Assembly: GCF_006345805.1 (NCBI RefSeq)
Contig: NC_043008.1
Span: 79,174,001 to 79,238,000 of the forward strand
DNA length: 64,000 bases
Direction of reading: 5' to 3'
Source: Octopus sinensis
Taxonomy: Eukaryota
A model generated the notes under the pieces. The model did not search any database and was not told the DNA's origin. It saw nothing but the letters and a program-made list of their open reading frames with translations. A program made the position numbers and the translations under genes. Positions 11,601-25,149 of the stretch are shown here, one piece after another (position 1 is the first letter of the stretch; each line of letters begins with the position of its first letter).

Positions 11601-12362
11601 ATCGTTTCTCTATTTCATTATGTTTTTGAAATATTATTATTTTTCTTATTATTATTGTCTGTTGTAATATTATTATTTATTTATAGTTTGTTATTGTTAT
11701 TGATTGGCTTTGTATAGGACTATTGATTGTGATTGTACATCTTCTTAGTGTATTGTTTTTTGGTTCTAATATTTTTGCACCTTTCTTTAATTTTGGGGTT
11801 GATAGGTTTTCTTACTATTATTTACATTTATAATCAAGCAATATCTTTTCAACTAACTTAGCAACATTCTTTTCTCCTTTTCATTTGGATTTTGTATTAT
11901 TTGGGGATTAATGTTTAGCTGTGGTTAATTTTTTTATTGATATATTATTAGGTGTCTGTCAGTTTTAGTTGGGTGTCTTAATATTAGTTTCTCCATAAGT
12001 TGTGTTTTTTTCTCATTTTTCTTTAGTTCATGAGGCTTTAATATTTTTTCGTTTTTTTTGTATTTTTCATTGATTAAAAGAAAAAAAAATTGCCATTTCA
12101 TTGAGTATTTATTCTATTTCTTTGCTCTAAGTCTCCACCAGATAAATTTTATAAACGCTTTAACTGTTTACTTTAAAAATCAGTTAATCTTTCACTTCAC
12201 AAAGCTTAGTTTGACATTTTATCGTTTCTCTATTTCATTAAGTTTTTGAAATATTATTATTTTTCTTGTTATTATTATTGTTGTTAATATTATTATTTAT
12301 TTATAGTTTATTATTGTTATTGTTATTGACTGGCTTTGTATAGGACTTTTGATTGTGATTGC
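11601..12362. repeat. AT-rich ~135-bp direct repeat (11601-11735 and 12221-12362)
   Basis: ATCGTTTCTCTATTTCATTA...GGCTTTGTATAGGACT..TGATTGTGATTG occurs twice. Confidence 0.75.
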
Positions 12363-12569
12363 AATTTACTTAATCTTTGACATTTTATTGTTATTTTAAT
12401 GTTAATAGTTCTATTATATGTAATTTTCTAGATGGTGTAATTTAATTGTTCATTTTGAATTGATAAAGGGTGTTTTTTTTCTAATTTTATATATATATAT
12501 ATTATATTGTGTGAAATTTGATTTAGTTTTTCTAAATTGAATTTTTTTCCTTGTGACCGCATGTGTACC

Positions 12570-12750
12570 GTTGGCGATTTTTTTTTCATCCGTCTTCCCT
12601 TCTCTGGATCTTTCCTTTTCCTATGTTTCTGACGAAGAGCTCTGCTCGAAACGTAAAACCCTCCTTCTTCCCTTCCTTCCTGAGTGTCCAATAATACTAT
12701 ATTTGTTCCACGTCTTCACGTTGTTGTGTTTTCTCTTGGTGTTTTCATGT
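12570..12750 (+). mobile_element. Solo Penelope-type pseudo-LTR end
   Basis: Hammerhead motif followed by TTCCTGAG...AATAC...TTTGTT.CCAC..CTTC, the same layout as at 44500-44675 and 63724-63932; ends in (TA)n. Confidence 0.6.
12625..12659 (+). ncRNA. Minimal type I hammerhead ribozyme motif, canonical core
   Basis: GUUU-CUGACGA-A-GAGC(UCU)GCUC-GAA-ACGU-A-AAAC: all core nucleotides present, GUA cleavage triplet, palindromic stem III. Confidence 0.75.
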
Positions 12751-12811
12751 TTGGATTAACTATATATATATATATATATATATAATATATTCTATATATA
12801 TAATATATATA

Positions 12812-13206
12812 TATATATTTATCAAAAGAAAAACAGGATGCAAAGGATTTTGCGGTACATATGTTTCTGGCCTTTATTAGACAGTTTATGTCAATGCATA
12901 ATTGATGTAATATGTATGTCAATAGCCTTCATCAGCCGCGCACAATTACTACACCAAGGACATGTATTACATTATTAGTTTTGGAAAAAGGCGATTTTCG
13001 TTGGGGATGCAAATCCTCATATTCGTATACAGCAGAGCGAGACACCGAAGCAAAAGCAAAGCGTCCATACCGCTTTTCACTCGATATGGAATGGCTATTG
13101 ACATACATATTACATCAATTATACATTGATATAAACTGTCTAATAAAGGCCAGAAACATATGTACCGCTAAATCCTTTGCATCCTGTTTTTCTTTTGATA
13201 AATATA
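12812..13206. mobile_element. Foldback/MITE-like element with ~115-bp terminal inverted repeats
   Basis: 12812-12927 is the near-perfect reverse complement of 13093-13206 (TTTATCAAAAGAAAAACAGGATGCAAAGGATT...CAATAGCC). Confidence 0.8.
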
Positions 13207-13296
13207 CTCTATCACCTACACCATTAACTGGCATATACAAGTGCTTACAGTTATCAAGTATTCACCCTGAATTTTTTGTTACCCAACTCACCTATA

Positions 13297-13356
<60 letters not shown>

Positions 13357-13360
<4 letters not shown>

Positions 13361-16300
13361 TCATCATCATCATCGTTTAACGTCCGCTTTCCGCGCTAGC
13401 ACGGGTTGGACGGTTCGACTGGGTCTGGGAAGCCAGGGGCCGCTCCAGGCTCCAGTCTGAATCTGGCAGAGTTTCTACGGCTGGATGCCCTTCCTAACGC
13501 CAACCACTCCGTGAGTGGATTGGGTGCTTTTTACGTGCCACCTGCACAGGGGCGGAGGGTCCGGCATCGGTCACGATCGGTTCGAGCATTTTAACGTGTC
13601 AGCGGCACGGGGGCAACGAGGTCCGGGGTACTTTGGGGATACGGGGTACTTTGGGGATCCAGGGTACTTTGGGGATCCGGGGTACTTAGAATGGGTAGGG
13701 GGTATGTGGAATTGCTGCAGAAAGCAGCCCGGGTCTTTGTAGTCACAGCATATCTCCAGAGATCTCGGTCCTTCGCCATTGCCTCAGTGAGGCCCAATGC
13801 TCTGAGGTCATGCTTGACTACCTCATCCCATGTCTTCCTGGGTCTACCTCTCCCCTGATACCTTCAACTGTTTGGGAGTGTGCACTTCTTCACACATCTC
13901 TCTTCATCCATCCGCAGCACATGACCATACCATCGCAAGCGTCGCTCTTGCACACCACATCTGATGCTTCTTATATCCAGCATTTCTCTCAGGATGCTTA
14001 CACTCTGTCTTGCGTGCACACTGGCACTACACATCCAGCAGATCATGCTAGCTTCATTTCTTTCAAGTCTACGCATGTCTTCTGCAGTCACAGCCCATGT
14101 TTCATTACCGTGAAGCATGGCAGTTCGCACACATGCATCATACAATCTACCTTTTGCTCTGAGGGAGAGACCTTTTGTTGCCAGTAGGGGTAGGAGCTTT
14201 CTGAACTTTGCCCAGGCTATTCGTATTCTAGTGGTGATACTCTCTGTGCATCCACCTCCACTACTAACTTGGTCACCCAGGTAGCGGAAACTATCAACTA
14301 CTTCTAGTTTCTCTCCCTGGAGTGTGATGGAATCTGCTTTCTGAGTGTCTGTTGTGTCTATTGTCCCTGTGCATCTGCCGCACATGAAAGCTATCTTATC
14401 TGTTAATTTCCCTTTAATGTTGCTGCACCTCTTATGTGTCCATAACTTACATTGGGTGCATCTTATGGAGTTTCTACATGTACCTTTCCTACAGGTTGAG
14501 CAGGGCCACCTAACCGAGGGGGTGTGTGCTGAGTACCTCTTGCTGCTTACTAATACTTTGGTCTTTGCTACATTTATTCTAAGGCCCTTTGATTCCAACC
14601 CTTGCTTCCACACCCGAAATTTCTCTTCTAGTTCCGGTAGTGATTCTGCTATGAGAGCTAGGTCATCGGCATAGAGGAGCTCCCAGGGGCATCCCGTTTT
14701 GAATTCCTCTGTTATTGCCTGAAGGACTATGATGAATAAAAGGGGACTGAGGGCTGAGCCCTGGTGCACACCTACTTCTACCCGGAATTCTTCACTATAT
14801 TCGTTGCCAATCCTAACCTTGCTGATAGCCTCTCTGTATAGAGCCTGTACAGCCCTTAGCCATTCTTCAATCTCCAGTTTCCGCATCGACCACCAGATAA
14901 GGGAACGGGGAACCCTGTCAAAGGCTTTCTCCAAGTCTACAAAAGCTATGTAGAGGGGTTTATCTTTAGCTAGGTACTTCTCCTGCAGTTGTCGGACCAG
15001 GAATATAGCATCAGTGGTGCTTCTACCTGGTACAAAACCGAACTGCATTTCATCTAAACAAATTCTCTCCCTAATGAGATTGGTTATGACCTTCTCTGAG
15101 ACCTTCATCACCTGGTCCAACAGTTTGATACCTCTGTAGTTATTTCTATCTAGAGCATCACCCTTACCCTGTAGCAGTTGACTATGGTGCTGCTGCACCA
15201 GTCATTGGGTATGACTCCATTGTGAACTACCTGGTTTACAATGCGGGTGACTATGGTATAGCCCACATAGCCAGCTGTTTTAAGCATCTCAGCAGTGATT
15301 CCTGATAGGCCAGGGGCTTGCCTGGTTTCATATCCTTAATTGCCTTATCTACAAGGGAGCTGTCTATTCGGGTAGCTGGTCCCTCTACTGGGTCAACATT
15401 TGGCAGGCTCTCCTCCTCCCATTCATTCTCCTCATTCAGCAGTCTTTCATAATGGCTTCTCCAAGCCTCTTTCTTTTCACTAGTAGTAAAAGCAAGTGCC
15501 CCATCATCCATGCGGACACATTTCTCTCCTATAACATCGCTATTTTCTCTGACACACTGTCTGGCAATCCGAAATACTTCAGCTCTTTGATCCTCGCGAC
15601 GCTGGACATTGGCAAACTTCTTCTTTTCTGCTACATCTTTGGCAATGTATACCTGCCGCCCAGCCTCCCTTTTGGCTATCTGGTACAGTTCCCTACTGCC
15701 CCCATCCTTCCAGGCTTTCCAGGCCCGTCTCTTTTCACAGATGGCTTTATCTACTGCACTATTCCACCACCACGTAATTCTAGGTCTGGAAGGGACTTTG
15801 CACCATCCACAGACTTGGTCTGTGGCACTCAGCAAGCTGTCCCATAGGAATTCCCAGCTACCTTCTATGTCTGACGTCTGAAGCTCCTCCTCCCTCTCAT
15901 CAAATTTCTTGATGAGTATGTCCCTAAATTTCTGACCATGCGAAGGGTTCTTTAGCCTCCAAATCCTTCTTTTCTGGATTGGTTTTGTTTTTGGAGTCCT
16001 TCTGGCCTCAAGCTTAAAGTCACTGATGATTAGTCTATGCTGAGGGATACATTCTTAACCCAGGAGGGTCTTTGTATTCAAGAGCAACCCTGCATCCCGT
16101 TGTCTGGTGAGGATGAAGTCTATTTGGCTAGCGGAGTCTCCTGACTGATAAGTTATAAGGTGGCAGACTGGCTTCTTGAAGTTAGTGTTGCAGATTGAAA
16201 GGTTACATGCATCACAGAATTCCAGCAGTCTAGTTCCCTCATCATTTCTGGTACCAATACCATAGCCACCATGTACCCCAGTGAAGATACCCGATTCCCG

Positions 16301-17880
16301 CCCAACATGCCCATTAAAATCTCCACCTACAAGATGAGGTCCTTGTTACTAGTCTTTGAAGTAGCCTGCAGAAGGGTATCATAAAAGTTGTCCTTCTGAT
16401 CATTTGGTAGTCCCGCTTGTGGGGCATAGGCTGAGATAATCATAGCTGTGCCACTCTGTAGGACCAACCTGAGCTTAAGCACTCTATCACAAACCCTGAC
16501 AACCTCTATGACCTTATCCACCCATTCCTCCGCAAGGAGAATGCCTACACCCCCTACACCTTCCGCGTTACCTTGCCAGTAGAGTTTGTACCTAAGTGCC
16601 TTGCCCGTGAGGACCCTAGCCGAAGCATCTCTCCATCTTACCTCTTGTATGCAGCATACATCAACCTGTCTTCTCTCTAGCATCTCTACAATCTCACTAG
16701 ACTTGCCTGTCAATGTACCAACATTGATAGTGCCAACTCTGAAAACTGGGAAGGAGATGTGGGGGGGACGGGGGGGATTCGGCGCCTGAGAAGAGGAGGG
16801 TTGTTGTGGTGGTGATAGTTTTCGTGGTATTTTTCTTTTGATCTCTCTTCCAACCTGACCACGCCGTGGGCAGGAGCTGGTGTTAGCAGTGGACATTCGT
16901 TATCGTCATTGAGTAACGTAATTTGGTAGAGGAAAGAAATACAGATATTCTAGAGTTGAGTTGGGGAGGGGGGGGGTCCAGTTGAGAAAGGTTTCAGCAG
17001 TGAAAGAGAGGGAGAGATAGTAGAGGGTGCGGGTAATATAGGGGAGCAACCAGTGGGGAAGGTTGGGGTAAGGAGGAACGATGGCAGGAAGGGTTGGTGT
17101 AGGTTCGTAAGAAATGAAAACGTAGGATATTACGAGGCGGGAGGGTACTAAAAGGGGATGGTCGGATTGAGGTAGTGTCAGGAGGAAGCGTAAGATCGGT
17201 GGGCAGTTGATGAGCTATGGCGCTAGCAGCTTGTCTTTTCACAGTGAAAGCATATGAGGAGAAAGGGTAGTGGGGGGAGGAGGAGGGAGTAGGGCGTATC
17301 CGGTGTAGATGAGTAGGGCGTATCCGGTGTAGATGGTGAGAACAGGGTATACTGGTATTGGTGGTGGGGGTGAGAACAGTGTTCACCGGTATTGGTGGTG
17401 GCGGTGAGAACAGTGTTCACCGGTATTGGTGGGGGGGGTGAGAACAGTGTTCACCGGTATTGGTGGTGGGGGTGAGAACAGTGTTCATCGGAATTGGTGG
17501 TGGGGGTGAGAACAGTGTTCATCGGTATTGGTGGTGGGGGTGGGGGGGGCGGGCGCACCGCCGATGGCGGAAAGATGGGGAAAGATGGATTACGGCTTGA
17601 GGTAGCCTAAGGTTAAATTTCGTAGAGAGAGAGATAGGAAAGATAAATCAAGTTATGGCGAAGGCTTGAAAGTAGCCTAAAAGGTTAAATTTTCGTAGTG
17701 AGAGAGATGGGTAAGACGAATCAAGTTATCAATGTATGAATAAACGTAGTAACAACGAATGAATGTATGTCGCGCTATGTATGGAAAAATAAAAATAGTA
17801 AGATAAATTTTTAAGAACTTGCTGCGGGCATCGACCGGGAGTTGAAATTGAAGAAGAAAGTAAGTTGAATTGGGAATTTA
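13357..17880 (-). mobile_element. Apparently full-length RTE-clade LINE (5' UTR, APE-RT ORF from 16896, 3' UTR, (GAT)n tail); ORF disrupted
   Basis: RVGTINVGTL, CCIQEVRW, SAYAPQ, GDFNGHVG, MQFGFVPG, FVDLEKAFDRV, GVHQGSALSP, LYADDL, RRLRWYGHV; stop/frameshift near 16327, 16057, 15850 and 15250. Confidence 0.92.
17290..17545. repeat. Minisatellite (~33-bp unit, 6-7 copies) in the RTE 5' UTR
   Basis: GGTATTGGTGGTGGGGGTGAGAACAGTGTTCACC repeats, preceded by 2x GAGTAGGGCGTATCCGGTGTAGAT. Confidence 0.85.
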
Positions 17881-17925
17881 AATTGTAGAATCGTAATGGT
17901 AATGGCGATTTTCAAGTTTTAGCAT

Positions 17926-17928
17926 ATA

Positions 17929-17964
<36 letters not shown>

Positions 17965-18000
17965 TGTATGTATGTATGTATGTATGTATGTATGTATGTA

Positions 18001-18079
<79 letters not shown>

Positions 18080-18130
18080 ATATATATATGTATGTATTTC
18101 TATGTGTGCATATGTATATATATATATATT

Positions 18131-18164
<34 letters not shown>

Positions 18165-18186
18165 CCGAGAGAGAGAGAGAGAGAGG
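17926..18186. repeat. Compound microsatellite (TATG)n(TG)n(TA)n(GA)n
   Basis: Direct reading. Confidence 0.95.
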
Positions 18187-20402
18187 GGGGTCAATAATGA
18201 AGGATGGGGAGATGGTAATGAAGAAGTGAAAGTGACGGCAAGCAATAAAATAGGAGAAGGTGGCAGTGATGGGAGAGAAGAGTAATAGCATGACGCTAAT
18301 ATTAAGAGAGGATATGAATGATAGATGAGGGAACATCAAAGAGAAGAGTGACAGATACAGATACTTACTTGTACTAGTGAAGTCTTCTCTCTTGTAAACT
18401 ACATCCAATTCTTGTTATATCCAACTTCTTACTTTATTTGTGCTCTGTCATTCATGCTCACTAACACTACACATCCAACAGAGCATACTCACCACATTCT
18501 TTCCAGCATTTGCAAATTCTCTGTATTCAAAGCCAGTGCCTTGCTACCATCCAGCATTGCATTTCATACACATGTACTATAATCCACCCTTCTCTCTGAA
18601 AGGAAACCTTTTGTTAACCATAAGAAATAAAATCTCCTTGAACTTTTTCCAATACATTTGTAATACCCTCTTCAACTGGTAATTAATTCACCTAGATAAT
18701 GGAAAGTATCCCTTACTTTAAAGGAGCTTTCTAACCATTTCAAAGAATCTATTTTACCTGTTTGCTTTATACTAATTACACCTGTGCAATACTGCCTTCT
18801 CTGTTAGCATTGCATCTGATTCCAGTATATCTCTTGTGCATCCATAATACAATGAGTATACCAAATGAAACTTTTGTCTACTCCTTTTCTACTTATCAAG
18901 CTTGGCTACTTCTCTTATGGCAGTAGGATCATATTTTTTAGCCTTTGCTAAATTTACATAAAGCCCTTCCAATTCTAATTTTTATTTGCTTTTTTTTTCA
19001 TGTTTGGAATATTTTCTCTAAATATCCAACACCTTTAGCTATAAGAACTATTTTATCAGCATACAGTGTTCTTAAACTCTTCTGTTATGGCTGGAGGACT
19101 GCAGTAAAATAGGAGTAGGCTGAGAACTGAGGTCTGAATGATACTAAATTTCTATCTGAATTTATTACTAAGTTACACCTTGCTGATGTGATGCCTCTGT
19201 ACATCTGTACATGGCATGCACAGCTCACTCTCTCTCTCCTTCGTTTTTGTTGTGAACCCTATGCTACAGAGCACAGAATCCGGCTAAAGTACTCTCCATG
19301 TTTATTAATGCTAAGTATAGGGCTTATTTCCAGCTAAGTACTTCTGCAGTTGTCCCACTAAGAAAACATTTGTTGCATTCTATCTTTGCATAAACTTGCC
19401 TTATCTTGTCTAACTTACTTTATCCTAATCAATTGTGCTGTAAGTCTTTCATTATCTTTCATAATCTAATTCATCAATTTGATGCCTCTGTAAACGACCG
19501 TGCGAAGGAGAGGTGACGAGAATGGCTCCTTTAGCACACCATACAGTCGATACAATAAATACAAAAAGAGATAAATGAGTATAAGTGCCAGAAGGAAAAG
19601 AGAAACACAACCGGGTAGAATGTTTAAGAGAAGATTTTATTTATATGTTAACATGTGTGTGTATTTGTCATATATAAATAATAGACAGGCTGTCATGTAT
19701 ACAAAGTGTATGTGTGTGCATTAAGTACAGAGCATTGAAAGAGTCTATAATATGATGTTAGAAGAATGTCCTGACACAAGGATGATAAATACCAGTTTGT
19801 AGTCAAGGTACATGATAGTTGAAGTGCTGTAACAAAAAGTTGTGGCAGTAATGCAGAGCTGGTTGAGGCACATGTCATATAAGAAGTTGTGGCTACTATG
19901 CTGCTGCCGGTCACTTGATACAGGAAGTTCTCGCTGGTTGTATTTGCTGCTAATCATGGTGAAGTAATTCACAAACAGTGTTGAGATAGAACCTGTGCCA
20001 GGGTTGCTGGTTGCTGTGTATGTAGAGAGATGTTGGTGATGATGTTAAGAAGTTGGAGGTGACAAAGATGGAGGTCCTGAATGCTGAACGAAGTTGAGTC
20101 TCCATGTGGCTGCTGTTAGGTTGTCGCTGGAACTGGCTGTGTCCTCTGTGGTCAGTGGCTAGATCTTAAAAGGTCTGGAACCGAAAGACTTCGAGACGGT
20201 GTGAAGCTACAGTTTTATAGCATGCTATCGGCTCACCAGAAATTTAGAAGAGACTGTCTCATGTGACCTTATCAGAAGGCTGTGATTGGTTGGGTTGCAT
20301 ATTGGCACGCAATACAGCAAGAGACAAATTGCACCAATGCCAACCAATCAGAGTAGTGGACACAACAGGGTCCAAAAGGGTGGCCGAAGGCTAGCTATTA
20401 TT

Positions 20403-21872
20403 ATCTGGCATGGGTTGGACGGTTCAACTGGGGTCTGGGAAGCCAGAAGGCTGTGCCTGGCCCAGTCTGATCTGGCAGTGTTTCTATGGCTGGATGCCCT
20501 TCCTAACGCCAACCACTCCATGAGTGTAGTGGGTGCTTTTGATGTGCCACCTGCACAGGTGCCAGACAAGGCTGGCAAATGGCCACGATCGGATGGTGCT
20601 TTTTACGTGCCACTGGCACAGGGGCCAGACGAGGCTGGCAATGGCCACAATCGGATGGTGCATTTTACGTGCCACCGGCATGGAGGTTGGTTGTGGCACG
20701 CTGGCAACGACCATGTTCGGATGGTTCTCTTATGTGCCATCGGCACTGGTATCACCAATTTCGATTTTCATTTTCATTTTCATCTTCACTTGCCTCAACA
20801 GGTCTTCACAAGTAGGGTTTGTGTCACAAGAAGGAAAGGTATGCATAAGTGGGCTGGCTACGTCCCAGGTAAAGGCCATGAGTTATGGTCTCACTTGTCC
20901 TGCCGGGTCTTCCCACGCACAGCATACTTCCAAATGTCTTGGTCTCTGGTCATTTCCTCGGTGAGACCTAATGTTCAAAGGTCATGCTTCACCACTTTCA
21001 GGTCTTCCTGTGTCTACCTCTTCGACAGGTTCTCTCAACCGCTAGGGTGTGGCACTTTTTCACACAACTATCTTCATCCATTCTCGCTACATGACCATAC
21101 CAGCGCAAATGTCTGTCTTGCACACCACAACTGATGCTTCTCAGGTCCAACTTTTCTCTCAAGGTACTTACATTCTGTCGAGTAGGAACACTGATATTAC
21201 ACATCCATCGGAGCATACTGGCTTCATTTCTTGCGAGCTTATGCATGTCCTCAGCAGTCACGGCCCATGTTTCACTGCCATGTAGCATGGCTGTTCGTAC
21301 ACATGCATCATAAAGTCTGCCTTTTATTCTGAGCGAGAGGCCGTTTGTCACCAGCAGAGGTAAGAGCTCTCTGAACTTTGCCCAGGCTATTCTTACTCTA
21401 GCAGTTACACTTTCAGCACACCCGCCCCCGCTAATGACTTGGCCACCTAGGTAACGGAAGCTATCAACAATTTCTAGTTTTTCTCCCTGGAATGTGGTAG
21501 AAGTTGGTCTCTGAGCATTTTCAGTGTTTATTGCTCCTGAGCATCTGCCACATACAAAAACTATCTTCCTAGTTAGCCTTCCTTTGACATTGCTGCACCT
21601 CTTATGTGTCCATAGCTTACACTTTGTGCATCTTATAGAGTTTCTACCTACGCCTTTTCTACAGATCGAGCAGGGCCATCTACCTGAAGGCGTTTGTGAT
21701 TTGCCTGCCTTCCTACATATTAGGACTTTGGTTTTAGCTAGGTTGATTTTAAGGCCCTTCGATTCTAAACCTTGTCTCCACACTTGAAACTTTGCCTCTA
21801 GTTCTGATAGTGACTCAGCAATTAGCGCAAGGTCATCAGCATATAGGAGCTCCCAGGGGCATCCTGTCTTAA
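20403..21872 (-). mobile_element. 5'-truncated RTE LINE (RT C-terminus + 3' UTR)
   Basis: GCPWELLYADDL...WRQGLESKGL...RWYGHV (ORF 20998-21783); 3' UTR with 3-4 array units. Confidence 0.88.
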
Positions 21873-21942
21873 AAATATTTACATAAAAATGTTATATATA
21901 TTTACATAAAAGCAAGAAATGCTTTCTTTTATTTTTTTGCAG

Positions 21943-22140
21943 GATGATGAATTTCTTACATTACCTGAATCAGACATGCTATTTGATTTGATAAGAATTC
22001 AAAAGTATATTGAAAATATATTGAACATGAAATCAGAGGAAAAATCTGTGTTGGCAGAAAATGAACCCAAACAAGTGACAAGTTCATTCCAAAATCCATC
22101 AGAACCAAGACATTCAATAACAAGTACAGCTCAGCAAAAG
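21943..22140 (+). CDS. NGLY1: NGLY1 internal exon (end of PUB domain + linker), phase 0/0
   Basis: Polypyrimidine TTTTTTTGCAG acceptor and AAG|GTACAT donor; 198 bp open (DDEFLTLPES...TAQQK); phase-compatible with the 31759 exon; resembles the PUB C-terminal helix. Confidence 0.65.
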
Positions 22141-22669
22141 GTACATAAATTGTTGTTCACAGGATCAACAGGCATTTGTTATTTTGTTTATTCACATTAC
22201 TTTACTAGTTTTATCTGAATCACTTGTTAAGTATATGATCACTGAAACTAAGTCAGCTTATGGCTGTATGTTTGTTGTTGTTGAGTAGTTTTAAATCAAC
22301 TGCTATTGAGAAGACATATGGTCAAAGACCTTACGACTGTGATTGTCCCATCTTATATTGAGCAATAGCATATTCAAAGTTTTATTTTTCAAATATGATT
22401 TTATATGATTCAAAATAGATTTAGCTTCTCCTTCAAGTAACCCCATAGAGGGTCTTTTATTTGTTCTAGCTGTATATTTAATGAAACAGTGATATCATTT
22501 TAATCACAGCTAAATAGAAATTCTTTAAAACATGTAGTAGATGCTTGAAGTACCAGACTATGCAAACTTAAATGTTAGTACACATTCTGGATTATTCATT
22601 TGTTATTATAGTGATACTGCTAATTAAGTCACCTAGATAACAGAAACTATATACTACCTTTAGGGAGTC

Positions 22670-24780
22670 ACCAGGGCATTTGAGAAAATTTATTTCCCGA
22701 GTGTCCCAGGTGTTTATTGCTCCTACACATCTTTCACATACAAACACTATGTTCTCCATTAACCTTCCCGTGAATCCACTCTGCCTCTTATGTATCTATA
22801 GCTTACACTTGGTACACAGTATGGGACTTCTGTTTACACCTTTCCTATATATCGAGAAGGGCTATTGACTTGATGGGAGTAGAGTCTTGTCTGTTTTCTT
22901 GTTTACTAGGACTTAGGTCCTTATTAAATTAACTTCAAGGCCCATTGATTCCGGGCTCTGCCTACACACTTGCAATTTCTTTTCTAATTCTATTAAAGAT
23001 TCCACTGTGCAAATGATGTCATCAGCATATAGTTGTCCCCAAGAATAACCTATCTTAAATTCCTATTATAGCCTGGAGGAAATTGATAAATAAGAGGGGA
23101 CTGAGAACTGAGCCCTAGTGAATTCCTACCTGTACTCTACATTCATTGCTGTACTCCTGGCTAACCCTTACCTTCCTGACAGCATCCTTGTACATTGCTT
23201 GTATGGTTTTCACAAGCCATCCATCTACTGCTAACTTTGTCAGAAACCACCAGATCACAGTATGAGGGATTCTGTTGAAGGCTTTCTCCAGGTCAGCAAT
23301 TGCCTACTTTTTATCTAAATGCTTTTCCTACAGCTGTGTTACCAAGATGCTGACATCAGTAGGTCTTCTCACTGGCACAAAACCTAACTGCATTTCATCT
23401 AGTCTAATTCTCTTGCTCATTAATTGCATAACTTACATGACCTGGTCCAGCAATTTGACACCTCTTCAATTACTTCTACCTAAGGCATCTCCTTTGCCAT
23501 TGTTACAGCTGACTATAATGCTGCTACTCCAGTCTTTGGGTATGAAACCTTCCTGTACAACCTGATTAGTGCTACAGGCAATTAGAGCGCATCCTTCTCC
23601 CAGATATTTTAAACATCTCAGTGGTAATCTCTAGTGGACCATTTCCTGTCTTCATACCCTTAATACCTTATTTATCATACTATTGTCAACTAGGATAGCT
23701 AGTCTCTCTGTTGGACCCACATTGGGAAGACTTTCTTTCCCCCAAACATTTTCCTTATTAATAGTCTTTCATAGTAGCACATCTATGCCTTTTCTTTTTT
23801 TTTTTTCAGAATCATGAAGTGCAAGTGCACTATTGTCCATCCGCACACACTTCTCATCCACAACATCTTGGTTTTCTCTAATACACTGTCTTGCAGTCCG
23901 GAATACCTTATGTTTCTGGAGTAAGACATGATAAATTTTTTTTTTTTAATGTAGCACAAGCTATTTATTTGAGACAATTTAAGATTAGTGTTGCGAAAAT
24001 TCAATCATCACCTTCTGCCCAAGTCTGAGACGCATCCAAAACTAAAAGTTCAGTTAGCTGCTGTGAAGACATTGAACTATTTTCCAGCTGCTCCTTCTAT
24101 CACTTTTGATAGAGCATGGAAGTTTAACTTGGTACTATTTTAGTCATTATGGCTATTAAGTTGTTTTAACCACGCCAAGACAATTTGCCTATTTTCCTCT
24201 TGACATTCATCTTACACTGTTCTGAAGCTTATATCGTTGTTACCTTGTTTGCTGAAATTGATGTTTATAGCTAGATTTATATCTACATTATGACATTTGT
24301 CTCACATTGTATTGTATTGTATAATTGATACCAGCTCCAATTTGAAAAACATGTAAATTGCAGTAAGTGAAACCGAATTTATTCATGTCATACGAATGTT
24401 ATTCCTCCAGACTGTACGTCTACAACCTGATGTTTTGCACACACCTCATGTTCTCCTGTAATTTACGTTTGTTCAGCATTGTTTGGAAACTAATGAATAT
24501 TGTATTTTATTTGAACACTGAAACCATTCATTTCGCCTTCTGACATTTCTTTATAAACTGTCTGCATAATATTTGCTAAACTTATGATCTTTATGCTATA
24601 GAACATTGGCAAACTACTTCCTTTCTGTTTCTACCTTTGCTATGTAAACCTATCACTTAGCTTTTCTTACTACATGGTGTATTTCACTGCTGTCTCCTTT
24701 TTTCCAATCCTTCCAGGCTTGTATTTTCACTTTTAAAGTATTGTTTAGGTCACTATTTCACCCAATGTCACCCTTGTAAT
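22670..24780 (-). mobile_element. Old, fragmented RTE LINE
   Basis: Degenerate homology to the 13.4-17.9 kb RTE (RT and APE segments) with many stops. Confidence 0.7.
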
Positions 24781-25149
24781 CTCTATATATGTACCACATA
24801 CAGTATGTGTCACATCCAGTATGTGTCACTGAAGCAAAGTGAAAATAATGTACCAAAAATTACCAAATAAGTTCTGTTTTTTGTATATGAAGTATGACTA
24901 AGTATAAGCAAATATCTTATAAATTATCAATGTCATTTTGGTTGTTTCAAAATTTTTTTTTAATACTGGAATGGCTAATACAAGTACACAGATTATCTCC
25001 ATTGTTTTTATTCTGAACCAGCTCATCTGTGAGGCACAAATGTAACGTTACTATTTTTTCTCGTCAATGTCTTGATCTAACTCTGTAATAGACATCCCTC
25101 ATTGTTAGATCAAAACACTTTTTACCCAATAGATATATTTATGCAAGAG

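Noticed and set aside
17800-17880. HDV-like ribozyme at the RTE 5' end
   Set aside because: Expected from other RTEs, but I could not assemble the nested double pseudoknot by eye.
19488-20380. Possible solo LTR starting TGTAAACG with a short inverted repeat near 20282-20352
   Set aside because: No matching CA end, TSD or second copy identifiable.
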